NCBI GenBank assembly: GCA_038845265.1
Contig: JAWBQR010000003.1
Location: 64,001-128,000 of the forward strand
Source: Nitrososphaerota archaeon
Lineage (GTDB): Archaea > Thermoproteota > Nitrososphaeria_A > Caldarchaeales > Calditenuaceae
Length of the DNA stretch: 64,000 bases
Direction of reading: 5' to 3'
Shown here: one piece after another, positions 10,585-20,014 of the stretch
Numbering within the stretch: position 1 is the stretch's first letter
How the letters are laid out: each line of letters starts with the position of its first letter
Position numbers and translations under genes: made by a program
Notes under the pieces: model-generated
Told to the model about the DNA's origin: nothing
The model's input: the letters and a program-made list of their open reading frames with translations, nothing else
Database searches by the model: none

Positions 10585-10669
10585 TGCGGGGGGTGGGATT
10601 TGAACCCACGAACCCCTGCGGGACAGGAGCCTCAGTCCTGCGCCTTTGACCAGGCTTGGCGACCCCCGC
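10585..10669 (-). tRNA. tRNA-Leu(GAG)
   Basis: GCGGGGGTCGCCAAGCCTGGTCAAAGGCG, CAGGA-CT-GAG-GC-TCCTG anticodon arm, long variable arm, GGTTCAAATCC. Confidence 0.95.
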
Positions 10670-10717
10670 GTCTGTTTTGTCTTCCCCGTTTTTCAATTTT
10701 TTATGCTCTATACTTAA

Positions 10718-11428
10718 ATGTTATCCTTGTTGGGGTTTAATAGGGAGTATTTGGTGCGGAAGTTTATTTTTTGGCTGAGCATTGCGTTGGTTATTGTCTT
10801 CTTAGTGTTTTTTGGGATGTGGATGGATTTTAACGAGGCTCAGAGCTCTATCTTGAGATGGATGAGGAGTGATCAAGGACTGCTTGATGGATTGTTCTGG
10901 ATTGCTGATAATACTGGTAGCGACGTGGTGATTATTGCTTGGTGGGACTACGGGGTGGGAATAGAGGAGATAAGTCATAGAAGAGTAGTGATTAGTGAGG
11001 CCTCTAGGGAGATTAAGTGGACGATTGCTGGAATGAGGAAATATCCATGGAGTTGGATAGAGTATGAGTTGTGGTATCCATTCGAGTCTGATGAGAGGGT
11101 AAGAGACGTGGGCAGATTCTTTAGTGCGGAAGACGCATCAGAGGCCATAGAGATAGCGAGGAAATACGGCTCTGAATATGTCTTCGTCGTCTATCCAGAC
11201 GATATAATGAAATTTTACGCAATGGTTATGGCAGCCGGCAAGCAGCCAAGTGAATATCTCGGAGAGTCTAAGGCAGATACAGAGGAAGAAATGATCAGGG
11301 AGATAGAGAGCCGCGAGATAATAAAAAAGGAGACCATCGGTATAAGACTGATATATGGAGACGATACGGAGGGCTTCGAGAAAGTATTTGATAATGGCAG
11401 AGTTAAAATATACAAGATAATAGAATAA
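10718..11428 (+). CDS. Stand-alone AglB/STT3 C-terminal globular domain with single N-terminal TM anchor
   Basis: VIIAWWDYG motif, DIMK (DxxK motif), AIEIARKYGSEYVFV, FEKVFDNGRVKIYKI C-terminus; only 236 aa. Confidence 0.75.
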   Translation: MLSLLGFNREYLVRKFIFWLSIALVIVFLVFFGMWMDFNEAQSSILRWMRSDQGLLDGLFWIADNTGSDVVIIAWWDYGVGIEEISHRRVVISEASREIKWTIAGMRKYPWSWIEYELWYPFESDERVRDVGRFFSAEDASEAIEIARKYGSEYVFVVYPDDIMKFYAMVMAAGKQPSEYLGESKADTEEEMIREIESREIIKKETIGIRLIYGDDTEGFEKVFDNGRVKIYKIIE

Positions 11429-11434
11429 GAATGG

Positions 11435-12064
11435 CTACTCGATTATGAATCTTTTTGGTTTGGGTATGAGGAAACTGGGCATTTTTTCCTCGAATTTCTT
11501 TATCTCGTCATCATATAGTGAGAGCGTGATTGATATGTCATCCAGACCCTTAACCAAGCGCTCCTTTATGTGCTGTTCAATCTCGAATCTAATTGATTCG
11601 CCTGTCGAGGTTGTTATCGTCTGTTCGGATAGATTAATGGTGAGGTAGAGCCTGCCCCCACGCGCCAGCTCTCTAAGGTTCCTAACCTTCTCTTGAGGCA
11701 GCCTAATGCATAGTAGCCCATTCTTAGAGGCATTGACGTAGAAGATGTCTCCGAACGATGAGGCGATTATGCTCTTGATTCCGAAATCCATGAGCGCCCA
11801 GACCGCGTTCTCCCTAGAGGACCCGATGCCGAAGTTCTTTCCAGCTATCAATATGGATGCGTCCCTGAATTCTGGCTCATCGAGGATAAAGCCGGGCTTC
11901 TTCGAGCCATCTTCATTATACCTCCATCTATAGAAGAGATACTTACCTAGCCCTTTCTTCTCTATTATCTTGAGGAACTCGGCTGGAATTATTTGGTCAG
12001 TATCGACGTCGTCAGCCTCTAATGGTGCAGCCTTTCCATGAATTACTCTTATTGGTTCGGGCAC
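11435..12064 (-). CDS. leuD: 3-isopropylmalate dehydratase small subunit (start GTG 12064 after GGAGGTGA)
   Basis: DVDTDQIIPAEFLK, NFGIGSSRENAVWAL, SFGDIFYVN, GLDDISITL. Confidence 0.93.
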   Translation of the reverse strand: MPEPIRVIHGKAAPLEADDVDTDQIIPAEFLKIIEKKGLGKYLFYRWRYNEDGSKKPGFILDEPEFRDASILIAGKNFGIGSSRENAVWALMDFGIKSIIASSFGDIFYVNASKNGLLCIRLPQEKVRNLRELARGGRLYLTINLSEQTITTSTGESIRFEIEQHIKERLVKGLDDISITLSLYDDEIKKFEEKMPSFLIPKPKRFIIE

Positions 12065-12071
12065 TGGTATT

Positions 12072-13526
12072 TCACCTCCACGGCTCCTCCAGCCTTGCGT
12101 TATGCTCGATCTCGCATAGGTCTGCCGGCTCAATCTCTCGAACATCGATGAATCTCCCCTCTATTGCCGCTGCAGCGGCCATTGCCGGGCTGACTAGGTG
12201 GGTCCGCCCACCTGGGCCCTGTCGGTTCTCGAAGTTTCGGTTCGAGGTGCTGGCGCACCGCTCGCCAGGCCTGAGCCTGTCGGGATTCATGGCGATGCAC
12301 ATCGAGCAGCCGGGATACCGCCATTCGAATCCTGCCTCGATGAAGATTCTGTGGAGCCCAATCCTCTCCGCCCTCCTCTTTATCAGCATGGAGCCCGGCA
12401 CGACCATCGCCCTGACGCCCTGCTTAACCCTTCTGCCCTTCACGATCCTCGCGGCATCGATTAGGTCTGAGAGCCTCGCGTTAGTGCATGAGCCTATGAA
12501 TACGACGTCTATCGGTATCTCGGTTATCTTCGTTCCGGGCCTGAGCCCCATGTAGCTCAGCGCCCTCTCGACCAGCAGTCTCTGAGCCCTGTCCTCATAA
12601 TCTTCCGGCGAGGGAACCTCGCCCGTGATGCCTGTAGTCATTGCTGGATTTATCCCCCAGCTAACCTGCGGCTCGATTCTCGAGGCATCAAAGACATACC
12701 TGGCGTCGTATTCGGCGGATGAATCTGTCTTAAGACTTGACCAGTACTTGACTGCTTCTTCCCATTCTTCTCCGTCTGGCGCGTATGGAGCTCCCCTGAG
12801 GTATCTGAAGACTTTCTCGTCTGGCTCGATGATTGCTGTCCTTGCTCCGCCCTCTATCGACATGTTGCAGAGCGTCATCCTGGACTCGACTGATAGCCTC
12901 CTAGTGAGTTCTCCTGTGAATTCTACTACGTGTCCAATCATGCCTCCTGTTCCTAGGTGTTTGATTACGTAGAGGATTACGTCCTTTGCTGAGACTCCTC
13001 TCTGTAGGTTTCCCTCGAGTCTAATCTCCATCTTCTTCGGCCTCTTCAGCCAGATTGTCTGCGTCGCGAAGACGTGTTCTCCCTCGCTCGTGCCTATTCC
13101 GAATGCAAGCGCCCCAAGCGCTCCATGCGTGCTTGTGTGGCTATCTCCGCATACCAGCGTTATTCCTGGAAGCGTCAGTCCCAGCTCCGGACCTATGACG
13201 TGTACGATTCCCTGCCATGGGCTGTGGTAGTCAAAGAGCGTTATGCCGTGCTCAGCTGCGTTTCTAGCGAGGGCCCTCATCTGCGCCGCTGAGAGCTCGT
13301 CAGTCACTGGGTGTGACCTATCAGTAGTGGGGACGTTGTGGTCCATCACGGCGAAGGTCAGGTCCGGCCTCCTTACTTTTCTCGACTTTTCTCTAAGTTC
13401 CTCGAAGGCTACTGGCGAGGTCACTTCATGTGTCAGGTGTCTATCAATGTAGAGTAATGCTTGTCCATCTTCCCTCTCCGCGATTACGTGTCCCTCCCAG
13501 ATCTTCTCAAATATGGTCTTAGCCAT
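12072..13526 (-). CDS. leuC: 3-isopropylmalate dehydratase large subunit (bacterial-type)
   Basis: LYIDRHLTHEVTSP, DHNVPT, CGDSHTSTHGA, GSCTNAR, PGCSMC, STSNRNFENRQG. Confidence 0.95.
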   Translation of the reverse strand: MAKTIFEKIWEGHVIAEREDGQALLYIDRHLTHEVTSPVAFEELREKSRKVRRPDLTFAVMDHNVPTTDRSHPVTDELSAAQMRALARNAAEHGITLFDYHSPWQGIVHVIGPELGLTLPGITLVCGDSHTSTHGALGALAFGIGTSEGEHVFATQTIWLKRPKKMEIRLEGNLQRGVSAKDVILYVIKHLGTGGMIGHVVEFTGELTRRLSVESRMTLCNMSIEGGARTAIIEPDEKVFRYLRGAPYAPDGEEWEEAVKYWSSLKTDSSAEYDARYVFDASRIEPQVSWGINPAMTTGITGEVPSPEDYEDRAQRLLVERALSYMGLRPGTKITEIPIDVVFIGSCTNARLSDLIDAARIVKGRRVKQGVRAMVVPGSMLIKRRAERIGLHRIFIEAGFEWRYPGCSMCIAMNPDRLRPGERCASTSNRNFENRQGPGGRTHLVSPAMAAAAAIEGRFIDVREIEPADLCEIEHNARLEEPWR

Positions 13527-13594
13527 GGACAGACCACCAAGGCTTCTCTCCTAAATATAAATCAGTCATTGCCTCGAACCTCTCTGTCAATGCT

Positions 13595-13741
13595 TTAACT
13601 CGATGCGTAGCGCTTGGGGTCTTTCTCGAATATTTCCTTGCATGCGGCTGAGCAGAAGTAGTATTTTCTGTGCTGGTAGTCCGAGACATATTTTGCTGTC
13701 TTCTCATTTACCAACATGCCGCAGACTGGGTCCCTAGCCAT
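13595..13741 (-). CDS. YHS/TRASH domain metal-binding protein (48 aa)
   Basis: Below the ORF-track cutoff; my translation is MARDPVCGMLVNEKTAKYVSDYQHRKYYFCSAACKEIFEKDPKRYASS (DPVCGM...YYFCS..C). Confidence 0.9.
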   Translation of the reverse strand: MARDPVCGMLVNEKTAKYVSDYQHRKYYFCSAACKEIFEKDPKRYASS

Positions 13742-13782
13742 GCCTAGGGGCATCCCCGCATCGTTTATTAAGGATTAATTAT

Positions 13783-14388
13783 TTACGTCTTTCTGTTGGC
13801 TGGCTCAAGCTTCTCGGCCAGCCTAGTCAGTATCTCCCTTATCTTTCTGAGCTCCGTCAGAGTCTCTTCTGGCTGTCCGAACAATGGCCTCGTCCGCACC
13901 CTGCTCAGTATCTTCTCCCTGAGTTCCTCCGGGTTGGTGACGTGGATTAGGCTGGCTTCTGCTCTTCTTGTCCCCGGCCCTGAGGTGCCTCCTGCCTGGC
14001 CGGTGTAGCCCGCGGTATGGACATCGACGGTTGCGTGTCCAAGCTTTCTCGAGATTGGCCCTTGTATTATGTCGACTGACATTACCCTAGAGTATGGGAC
14101 TGTATGCTTCATCTTCCACCAGACTCCACGCTTGACGACGATCTCGTCACTAGTTAGCTCGTATATAATCGAGTCATAGTATTTTGGCGCCCAGTAGGCG
14201 ACGAAGACTGCGGCGACCAATGATGGCAGAAAGAAGATTATTGCTGGGATAAATGCGAGTTCCGGTGCCTCTATCTGGACTAGCCATGTAACGATTATTC
14301 CTGCCACTAGTATCGGTGCTAGGACTATTGAGAGATAGATGTAGTACAGCGTCACCATCCTTCTGCTCGGCTTAAAAGTCTCGGACAA
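13783..14388 (-). CDS. Membrane protein with bacterial PH domain (bPH_2/YdbS-like)
   Basis: 2 TM helices followed by YELTSDEIVVKRGVWW..TVPYSRVMSVDIIQGPISRKLG. Confidence 0.85.
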   Translation of the reverse strand: MSETFKPSRRMVTLYYIYLSIVLAPILVAGIIVTWLVQIEAPELAFIPAIIFFLPSLVAAVFVAYWAPKYYDSIIYELTSDEIVVKRGVWWKMKHTVPYSRVMSVDIIQGPISRKLGHATVDVHTAGYTGQAGGTSGPGTRRAEASLIHVTNPEELREKILSRVRTRPLFGQPEETLTELRKIREILTRLAEKLEPANRKT

Positions 14389-14526
14389 CTACCCTACACC
14401 GAGTGTCAATGGTTCATCTTGCTTATCTACGTTGCTTTTTATCTAGTTTTATTATGCTGTTTTGATGAAAATTTACATAAACATGCAAGTATTGATTTAT
14501 TTACTGGGACAACTCGGGGTTTTTAC

Positions 14527-14739
14527 GTGAGTCTTCCATTACCATATCCTCAGTTCTTCCAGCTGATAATCGTCATTGATGGCTTGTTGACTTTGGGGTT
14601 TTATTTGTGGCTTAGGAGGCTGAGTAGGAGTAGTAGTTACTATGGGTTTGTTAGGGGAATGACGTTCTTCATGGCCGTCGTCTTGGTGGGCCTCGTCATC
14701 TCATACGTGGCCCAGGCAACATTCATGGGGTGGTTTTAG
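14527..14739 (+). CDS. Small 2-TM membrane protein heading the ECF operon (start GTG 14527)
   Basis: Two hydrophobic helices; stop 1 bp before the next gene. Confidence 0.6.
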   Translation: MSLPLPYPQFFQLIIVIDGLLTLGFYLWLRRLSRSSSYYGFVRGMTFFMAVVLVGLVISYVAQATFMGWF

Positions 14740-14740
14740 G

Positions 14741-15331
14741 ATGAGCGAGGTCGCGACAGAGGCAAGTGTAAAGATGAGGCTCGCAGTCATCTCTGGACTA
14801 TTCGGAGGTGTCTGCGCAACTGCCGCCCTATTCTCGATAATAATTATTCCGCTGCCGGGTATTCCTGGAGGATCTGGGTTCTGGATACCAGCCGCTCTGT
14901 ACTTTGCCTTGACGCTGTGGTTCGGCGTGTATGGGGCATTAGCTGGGCATATAGGCACCTTCATTGGGATGGGACCATTCTTCGGCTGGACCTTCCAGGT
15001 CTGGGCAGACGGGGCTCTCGGAGACTTTATCGCTCCGCTTATCTGCAGGGCATTCTTCCTGGCGTTCAAGGCAGACCCAGAGCTAAAGACGAGGAAGGAC
15101 TATGCCGTGTGGCTAATCTCAGTCCCAATAGCGACATGCCTGGCCGCTATGTGGATACACTTCGTTAACTACTCATTCGGCACTATTACCTTTGGGGCAT
15201 GGGTCTGGGGAGTCATTGCATACACGATTGGTGATTCGCTCGCAGTATTTACGCTCGGCACCGTGCTGCTCAAAGTCGCCTCCAAATGGGTGAAGACAAG
15301 TCCATTCTACGTTAAGGGCCGCCTCCTATAG
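14741..15331 (+). CDS. ECF transporter substrate-specific (S) component
   Basis: About 196 aa, 5-6 TM, FWIPAALYFALTLWFGVYGALAG motif; directly precedes T and ATPase genes. Confidence 0.75.
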   Translation: MSEVATEASVKMRLAVISGLFGGVCATAALFSIIIIPLPGIPGGSGFWIPAALYFALTLWFGVYGALAGHIGTFIGMGPFFGWTFQVWADGALGDFIAPLICRAFFLAFKADPELKTRKDYAVWLISVPIATCLAAMWIHFVNYSFGTITFGAWVWGVIAYTIGDSLAVFTLGTVLLKVASKWVKTSPFYVKGRLL

Positions 15332-15340
15332 TGCTCAAAA

Positions 15341-16162
15341 ATGAGTCAAAAAACTTTTTTTACATATGTTACTAGTGAGTCACCCCTAGTCAGGATTCAT
15401 CCTCTTCCCAAAGTGGCGCTCCTACTCTCGATCAATCTTGTAGCCTTAATAATTGAGGCGCCCATTCCCTTCATCGCGTTAATAACACTCTTGGCATTAA
15501 GCTTCAGAATTATGCGTGTCCCCCTCATTGGACTAAAGAAATTCGTAGTTGTAGTCATCATTGCGAGCCAGGCAGTCCTGATTTCGTATCTCCTCGGCAG
15601 CTCCATTCCTGGCAACCATATTTACATCACGTATCCATGGGGTACGTACGTCTCAGAGATGACGCTTCTCTACGCCTCCGCGATGATTATGCGATACACA
15701 ACTATGCTACTTGGCTCGACACTAGTATTAGCGACGACTAGTGATAGAGACATTGTTTACGGCGCAGCGGCGCTCAAGCTTCCCTACACGTTGGGACTAA
15801 TGATGAGCCTCGCTTTCAGGACCGCTACAATATTTGCAGAAGACTTCATGAAGGTCAGAGACGCGATGATTCTTAGAGGAGCGAGCTTTCACGAAGGCCC
15901 GTTACTACAGAGGGCGAAGAAATACGCAAACGTCTTTACCTCAATGATAGTTATAGCGCTTAGAAGACTGATGGAAGTATCATATGCAATTCAGGCAAAG
16001 GGATTCGGGGCAGCACCTAAGAGAACCTTCTATAGAGAATACAGCCTCAGAATCAGAGACATAGTAATTACTGCACTGCTAGTAGCGACAATCCCCTCGG
16101 CATATATCTTAAGATACTATTTAGGCATCTTCGCATTTCCGGGATGGATTCCTCAAATCTAG
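15341..16162 (+). CDS. ecfT: ECF transporter transmembrane (T) component
   Basis: IHPLPK, SLAFR, AMILRG and AIQAKGF (variants of the two Ala-Arg-Gly motifs). Confidence 0.9.
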   Translation: MSQKTFFTYVTSESPLVRIHPLPKVALLLSINLVALIIEAPIPFIALITLLALSFRIMRVPLIGLKKFVVVVIIASQAVLISYLLGSSIPGNHIYITYPWGTYVSEMTLLYASAMIMRYTTMLLGSTLVLATTSDRDIVYGAAALKLPYTLGLMMSLAFRTATIFAEDFMKVRDAMILRGASFHEGPLLQRAKKYANVFTSMIVIALRRLMEVSYAIQAKGFGAAPKRTFYREYSLRIRDIVITALLVATIPSAYILRYYLGIFAFPGWIPQI

Positions 16163-16172
16163 GAGATGAGAT

Positions 16173-17882
16173 TTGGTGGACGAGGTTATAAGAATTCAGG
16201 ACCTATGGTGGAGGTACGAACTCGGAAAAGACTGGGCACTCAGAGGGATAAACCTCACAGTAAGAAGGGGAGAATTCCTCGTAATAGTTGGCCCAAGCGG
16301 AGCCGGAAAATCAACACTATGTCTCACGCTCTGCGGCATGATTCCACACTTCTCGCGGGGATACTATAAGGGAGAAGTTCTGATAAATGGCCAGGAGACG
16401 AGAAAGATGAGGCTGAGCGAGATAACAAAGAAGGTCGGGATAGTCTTCCAAGACCCCGACACACAGTTCGTCACGATGTCTGTAGAGGATGAGATAGCCT
16501 TCCCACTCGAGAATCATGGAGTCCCTAGAGAAGAGATGATTAAGAGGGTTAGAAGGACGATGGAGATGACGAGGATACTTGAGTTAAAGGATAAGTATCC
16601 ACATGAGCTCTCCGGAGGCCAGAAGCAGAGAGTCGCGATAGCCTCAATACTCGCCCTGGAGCCTGAGATACTCGTCCTAGATGAGCCGACCTCTGACCTC
16701 GATCCAGTTGGAAAGACAGAAGTATTCTCAATGCTGGCAGACCTAAAGAAAGCGGGGAGAACAATTATCCTAGTCGAGCATAATACTGAGGAAGCCGCGA
16801 AGTATGCGGATAGAATTGTCCTCCTTAAGGATGGACAAATAATCAGCGAGGGCTCACCGAGAGAGGTATTCAGAGACGTAGAACACATAAAGTCTACAGG
16901 CGTATACCCGCCACAAGTGACTGAGCTAGCTTATCTCCTTTCGTTAAGACATGGCTTGAACGGCAAGTTACCAATAACCCTAGAAGAATGCATCGAGTGG
17001 CTCCGGGAGATGAACGCGAAGATCATCAAATCTCTCCAGTCCAAGCCATCACCACAGAAGACGGAGGGAGAACCAATTATATCGTTCAGGAGAGTCTCAT
17101 ACAGGTACCCAGACGGCACGCTTGCCTTGAGTAATGTAGAAATAGGCTTCTCTAGGGGCGAGTTCATCGCTATAATCGGTCAGAATGGCTCAGGAAAGAC
17201 TACGCTGGTAAAACACATAGTCGGATTGCTGAAACCAAGTACTGGAGAAGTGAGGATATTCGGTAAGAGGACCTCTGAGACAAGCATTAGGGAGCTTGCA
17301 ACAAAGGTTGGATACGTCTATCAGAACCCTGATCATCAGCTCTTCTGTCAGACAGTATATGAAGAGTGCGCATATGGTCTCCGTAACCTCGGAGTCAGGG
17401 AGGATGAGATTAAGTCCCGTGTGAGGGAAATCCTCAGAATGGTCGGCCTCGAGGGAATGGAAGATGTCGATACATTTCTACTGGGAAAGGGACAGCGCCA
17501 GAGATTGGCGATTGCATCTACACTCGTAATGAATCCAGAGGTAATAATCGTTGATGAACCGACCACAGGCCAGGATATGGCCCAGTCATCAAGCATAATG
17601 AAGCTCCTCCAAGCCCTGAACAGGGAGGGAAGAACAATAATAATCGTCACACATAATATGCGCCTCGTTGCTGAATATGCCGAGAGGGTTGTGGTGATGC
17701 ATGCAGGTAGAATAATTCTTGACGAAGACGTCAGGACAGTCTTCTCGCAGCCCGAGAAGCTGAAGGAAGCATTGATCACTCCTCCCCAGATAACGCAGCT
17801 TGGACACATCCTGGCAGGAGAGCAGTTCAGCCCACTCACAGTCGAGGAGGCAGCAGAATCGATTAGGATCGGTGATGCGTAG
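16173..17882 (+). CDS. ECF transporter ATPase, duplicated domain
   Basis: Two Walker A (GPSGAGKS, GQNGSGKT), VFQDPDTQF/VYQNPDHQL Q-loops, LSGGQKQR, DEPT twice. Confidence 0.93.
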   Translation: MVDEVIRIQDLWWRYELGKDWALRGINLTVRRGEFLVIVGPSGAGKSTLCLTLCGMIPHFSRGYYKGEVLINGQETRKMRLSEITKKVGIVFQDPDTQFVTMSVEDEIAFPLENHGVPREEMIKRVRRTMEMTRILELKDKYPHELSGGQKQRVAIASILALEPEILVLDEPTSDLDPVGKTEVFSMLADLKKAGRTIILVEHNTEEAAKYADRIVLLKDGQIISEGSPREVFRDVEHIKSTGVYPPQVTELAYLLSLRHGLNGKLPITLEECIEWLREMNAKIIKSLQSKPSPQKTEGEPIISFRRVSYRYPDGTLALSNVEIGFSRGEFIAIIGQNGSGKTTLVKHIVGLLKPSTGEVRIFGKRTSETSIRELATKVGYVYQNPDHQLFCQTVYEECAYGLRNLGVREDEIKSRVREILRMVGLEGMEDVDTFLLGKGQRQRLAIASTLVMNPEVIIVDEPTTGQDMAQSSSIMKLLQALNREGRTIIIVTHNMRLVAEYAERVVVMHAGRIILDEDVRTVFSQPEKLKEALITPPQITQLGHILAGEQFSPLTVEEAAESIRIGDA

Positions 17883-18652
17883 TGTCGAGAGAGGAGAAGG
17901 CTGGCTACAGGCTGAATGTCTGGGAGACACTCAGAAAGTACGCACGACCAGACTCGAGGTTCCACTGGGACTTCTCCAAATTCATCCCAGACTTCAGGGG
18001 AAGCACGAGGTGCGCTGAGAGGATCAGACGCCTACCAGCATATAGGAGGGCAAAACTACTGTTCATAACTCCTGACAACTGTCTCGAGTACTTCAGGGAG
18101 CTCTGCATAAGGGATGGGAAGCGATTCCTCATGACGCCCTACGCTATTCGGAGAGACTTCTTCTACCTCGACCCGAGGAGGGTGCCGCGCGGAATGGAGG
18201 CCCTCGCATCGACGCTAGACGGAATCGAGCGATACGCTAGGCCAGTCAGTCTTAGAAAGATGATGAGGCTTGGACGCGTCGATATGTTGGTGACGGGCGT
18301 CTCGATCGTGAATACTAAGGGCGTAAGGTACGGCAAGGGTACTGGCTTCTTCGACATAGAGTGGGCAATCTTCAGAGAGCTCGGAATGGTTGATGACGAG
18401 ACTCCGATAGTTGCGGTTGCCCACGATTGTCAGGTCGTCGAAGTGGATTTTCCCTATGCCTCGCACGACACTATTGTTGACTACATTGTGACGCCGAGGA
18501 GGACAATCAGGGTCGAGAGGACTGAGAAGAAGCCACTGGGCATCGACTGGAGAATACTTCCACGAGAGCTGTTTGAGACTATTCCTCCACTCCAAGAGCT
18601 GGCGGAGCTCAAGGGTGTCAGGTACCCAGCCTCCAGTCCTGGAGATACTTGA
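17882..18652 (+). CDS. 5-formyltetrahydrofolate cyclo-ligase-like protein (COG0212 paralog)
   Basis: IPDFRGS, FITPDN, DMLVTG, GVRYGKGTGFFDIEW, HDCQVV, HDTIVDYIVTP. Confidence 0.85.
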   Translation: MSREEKAGYRLNVWETLRKYARPDSRFHWDFSKFIPDFRGSTRCAERIRRLPAYRRAKLLFITPDNCLEYFRELCIRDGKRFLMTPYAIRRDFFYLDPRRVPRGMEALASTLDGIERYARPVSLRKMMRLGRVDMLVTGVSIVNTKGVRYGKGTGFFDIEWAIFRELGMVDDETPIVAVAHDCQVVEVDFPYASHDTIVDYIVTPRRTIRVERTEKKPLGIDWRILPRELFETIPPLQELAELKGVRYPASSPGDT

Positions 18653-19931
18653 CCTGTCTCTCTGTCAGCTCCTCGATCTCTATCCCCATGCTCCTGAGCT
18701 TCGCCTTTGCTACTGCCTTGTCTATCTCTTCTGGGACGTCGTAGACCTTCTTCTCCAGTCTATCGGCGTTTCTTGAGATGTATTCGATTGAGAGCGCCTG
18801 GAGTGAGAAGCTTAGGTCCATTACTTCTGACGGATGTCCCTCGGCCGCTACGAGGTTCACCAGTCGGCCCTGACCGATCAGCAAGAGCTCCTTTCCGTCC
18901 CTCAGTATGTATTTCGTGACCAGGGGGGTTAATTCCTCGACCCTGACCGCCATCGATGCGAGGTCCTTGACAGATATCTCGACGTCGTAGTGCCCCGCGT
19001 TTGCGAGTATTGCTCCGCTCTTCATCTCTTTGAAGTGCTCCGCCCTTATGACGTCTATGTCTCCTGTCGCCGTTATGAATATGTCTCCGATCCTCGCGGC
19101 CTCCGTCATTTTTGTTACTCTGTAGCCATTCATCACGGCCATCAGTGCCCTCACTGGGTCCGCCTCGACCACTATTACCTCTGCTCCCATTCCCCTGGCC
19201 CTCATGGCTATTCCCGAGCCGACCCGCCCATATCCGGCGACGACGACTCTCTTTCCGGCGAGGAGTATTCCAGTGGCCCTGATTATTCCGTCGAGGGCTG
19301 ACTGTCCCGTGCCTATTGGGTTGTCGAAGAGAGACTTTGTCGGCGATTCATTGACGGCGAAGACTGGGTAGAGCAGCAGTCCCTGCCTCATCAGTGACTT
19401 TATTCTTACGACGCCCGTGGTGGTCTCCTCTGTCCCGCCCTTTATCGATGAGTATATCTCGAGGTCTCCGCCGATGGCCGCGGAGGCGTTCTCGACGTCA
19501 GGCCCATCCATCTTCCTCGCAATCTTGTGGACGATGACTGTTAGGTCTGCCCCGTCGTCGACCGTGATTGTCGGCTTAATCCTGAGGGCTCTCCCGATGC
19601 ATTCGTAGTACTCTCTCTGGTTCATGCCCCTGGCCGCGTATACTTTTATTCCGCTCCTTGCGAGTGCCGCCGCTACGTCGTCCTGGGTGCTGAGCGGGTT
19701 GGATGCGCATAGGGCGACTTCTGCTCCTCCCGCCCTGAGGGTCTCGACGAGGACTGCGGTCTCCTTCGTGACGTGTAGGCACGCGGCTATCCGCTCATCT
19801 CTGAGCGGCTTCTCCTCCATGAATCTCTTCCTGACCATTAGGCAGACAGGCATGAATCTCTCGGCCCACTCAATTTTTCTTCTACCCTGTCCTGCCAGGC
19901 CGATGTCTCTTACCCAGTAATCCATGCTCAT
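18618..19931 (-). CDS. ahcY: S-adenosylhomocysteine hydrolase
   Basis: ACLHVTKETAVL, SNPLSTQD, DDGAD, EETTTG, FDNPIGTGQS, GYGRVG, GHPSEVMDLSF. Confidence 0.96.
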   Translation of the reverse strand: MSMDYWVRDIGLAGQGRRKIEWAERFMPVCLMVRKRFMEEKPLRDERIAACLHVTKETAVLVETLRAGGAEVALCASNPLSTQDDVAAALARSGIKVYAARGMNQREYYECIGRALRIKPTITVDDGADLTVIVHKIARKMDGPDVENASAAIGGDLEIYSSIKGGTEETTTGVVRIKSLMRQGLLLYPVFAVNESPTKSLFDNPIGTGQSALDGIIRATGILLAGKRVVVAGYGRVGSGIAMRARGMGAEVIVVEADPVRALMAVMNGYRVTKMTEAARIGDIFITATGDIDVIRAEHFKEMKSGAILANAGHYDVEISVKDLASMAVRVEELTPLVTKYILRDGKELLLIGQGRLVNLVAAEGHPSEVMDLSFSLQALSIEYISRNADRLEKKVYDVPEEIDKAVAKAKLRSMGIEIEELTERQVKYLQDWRLGT

Positions 19932-20014
19932 CGATGACTCTCTCTATCGGCGGCTTAATAAAGAAGCTCTGGGGCAGTGTAGGGATTAATAGGAGGCATG
20001 GAGACCTATTTCTC

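Noticed and set aside
5521-10669. Possible tRNA-anchored integrated element (tRNA-Tyr/Thr/Leu near MTase, AEP and CAAX protease genes)
   Set aside because: No integrase and no duplicated tRNA 3' end seen; core gene coaBC lies inside
10505-10696. 63-aa ORF
   Set aside because: Overlaps tRNA-Leu; it is a translation of the tRNA sequence
13519-13707. 62-aa ORF in the track upstream of leuC
   Set aside because: Wrong frame; the overlapping frame 13595-13741 encodes a clear YHS domain
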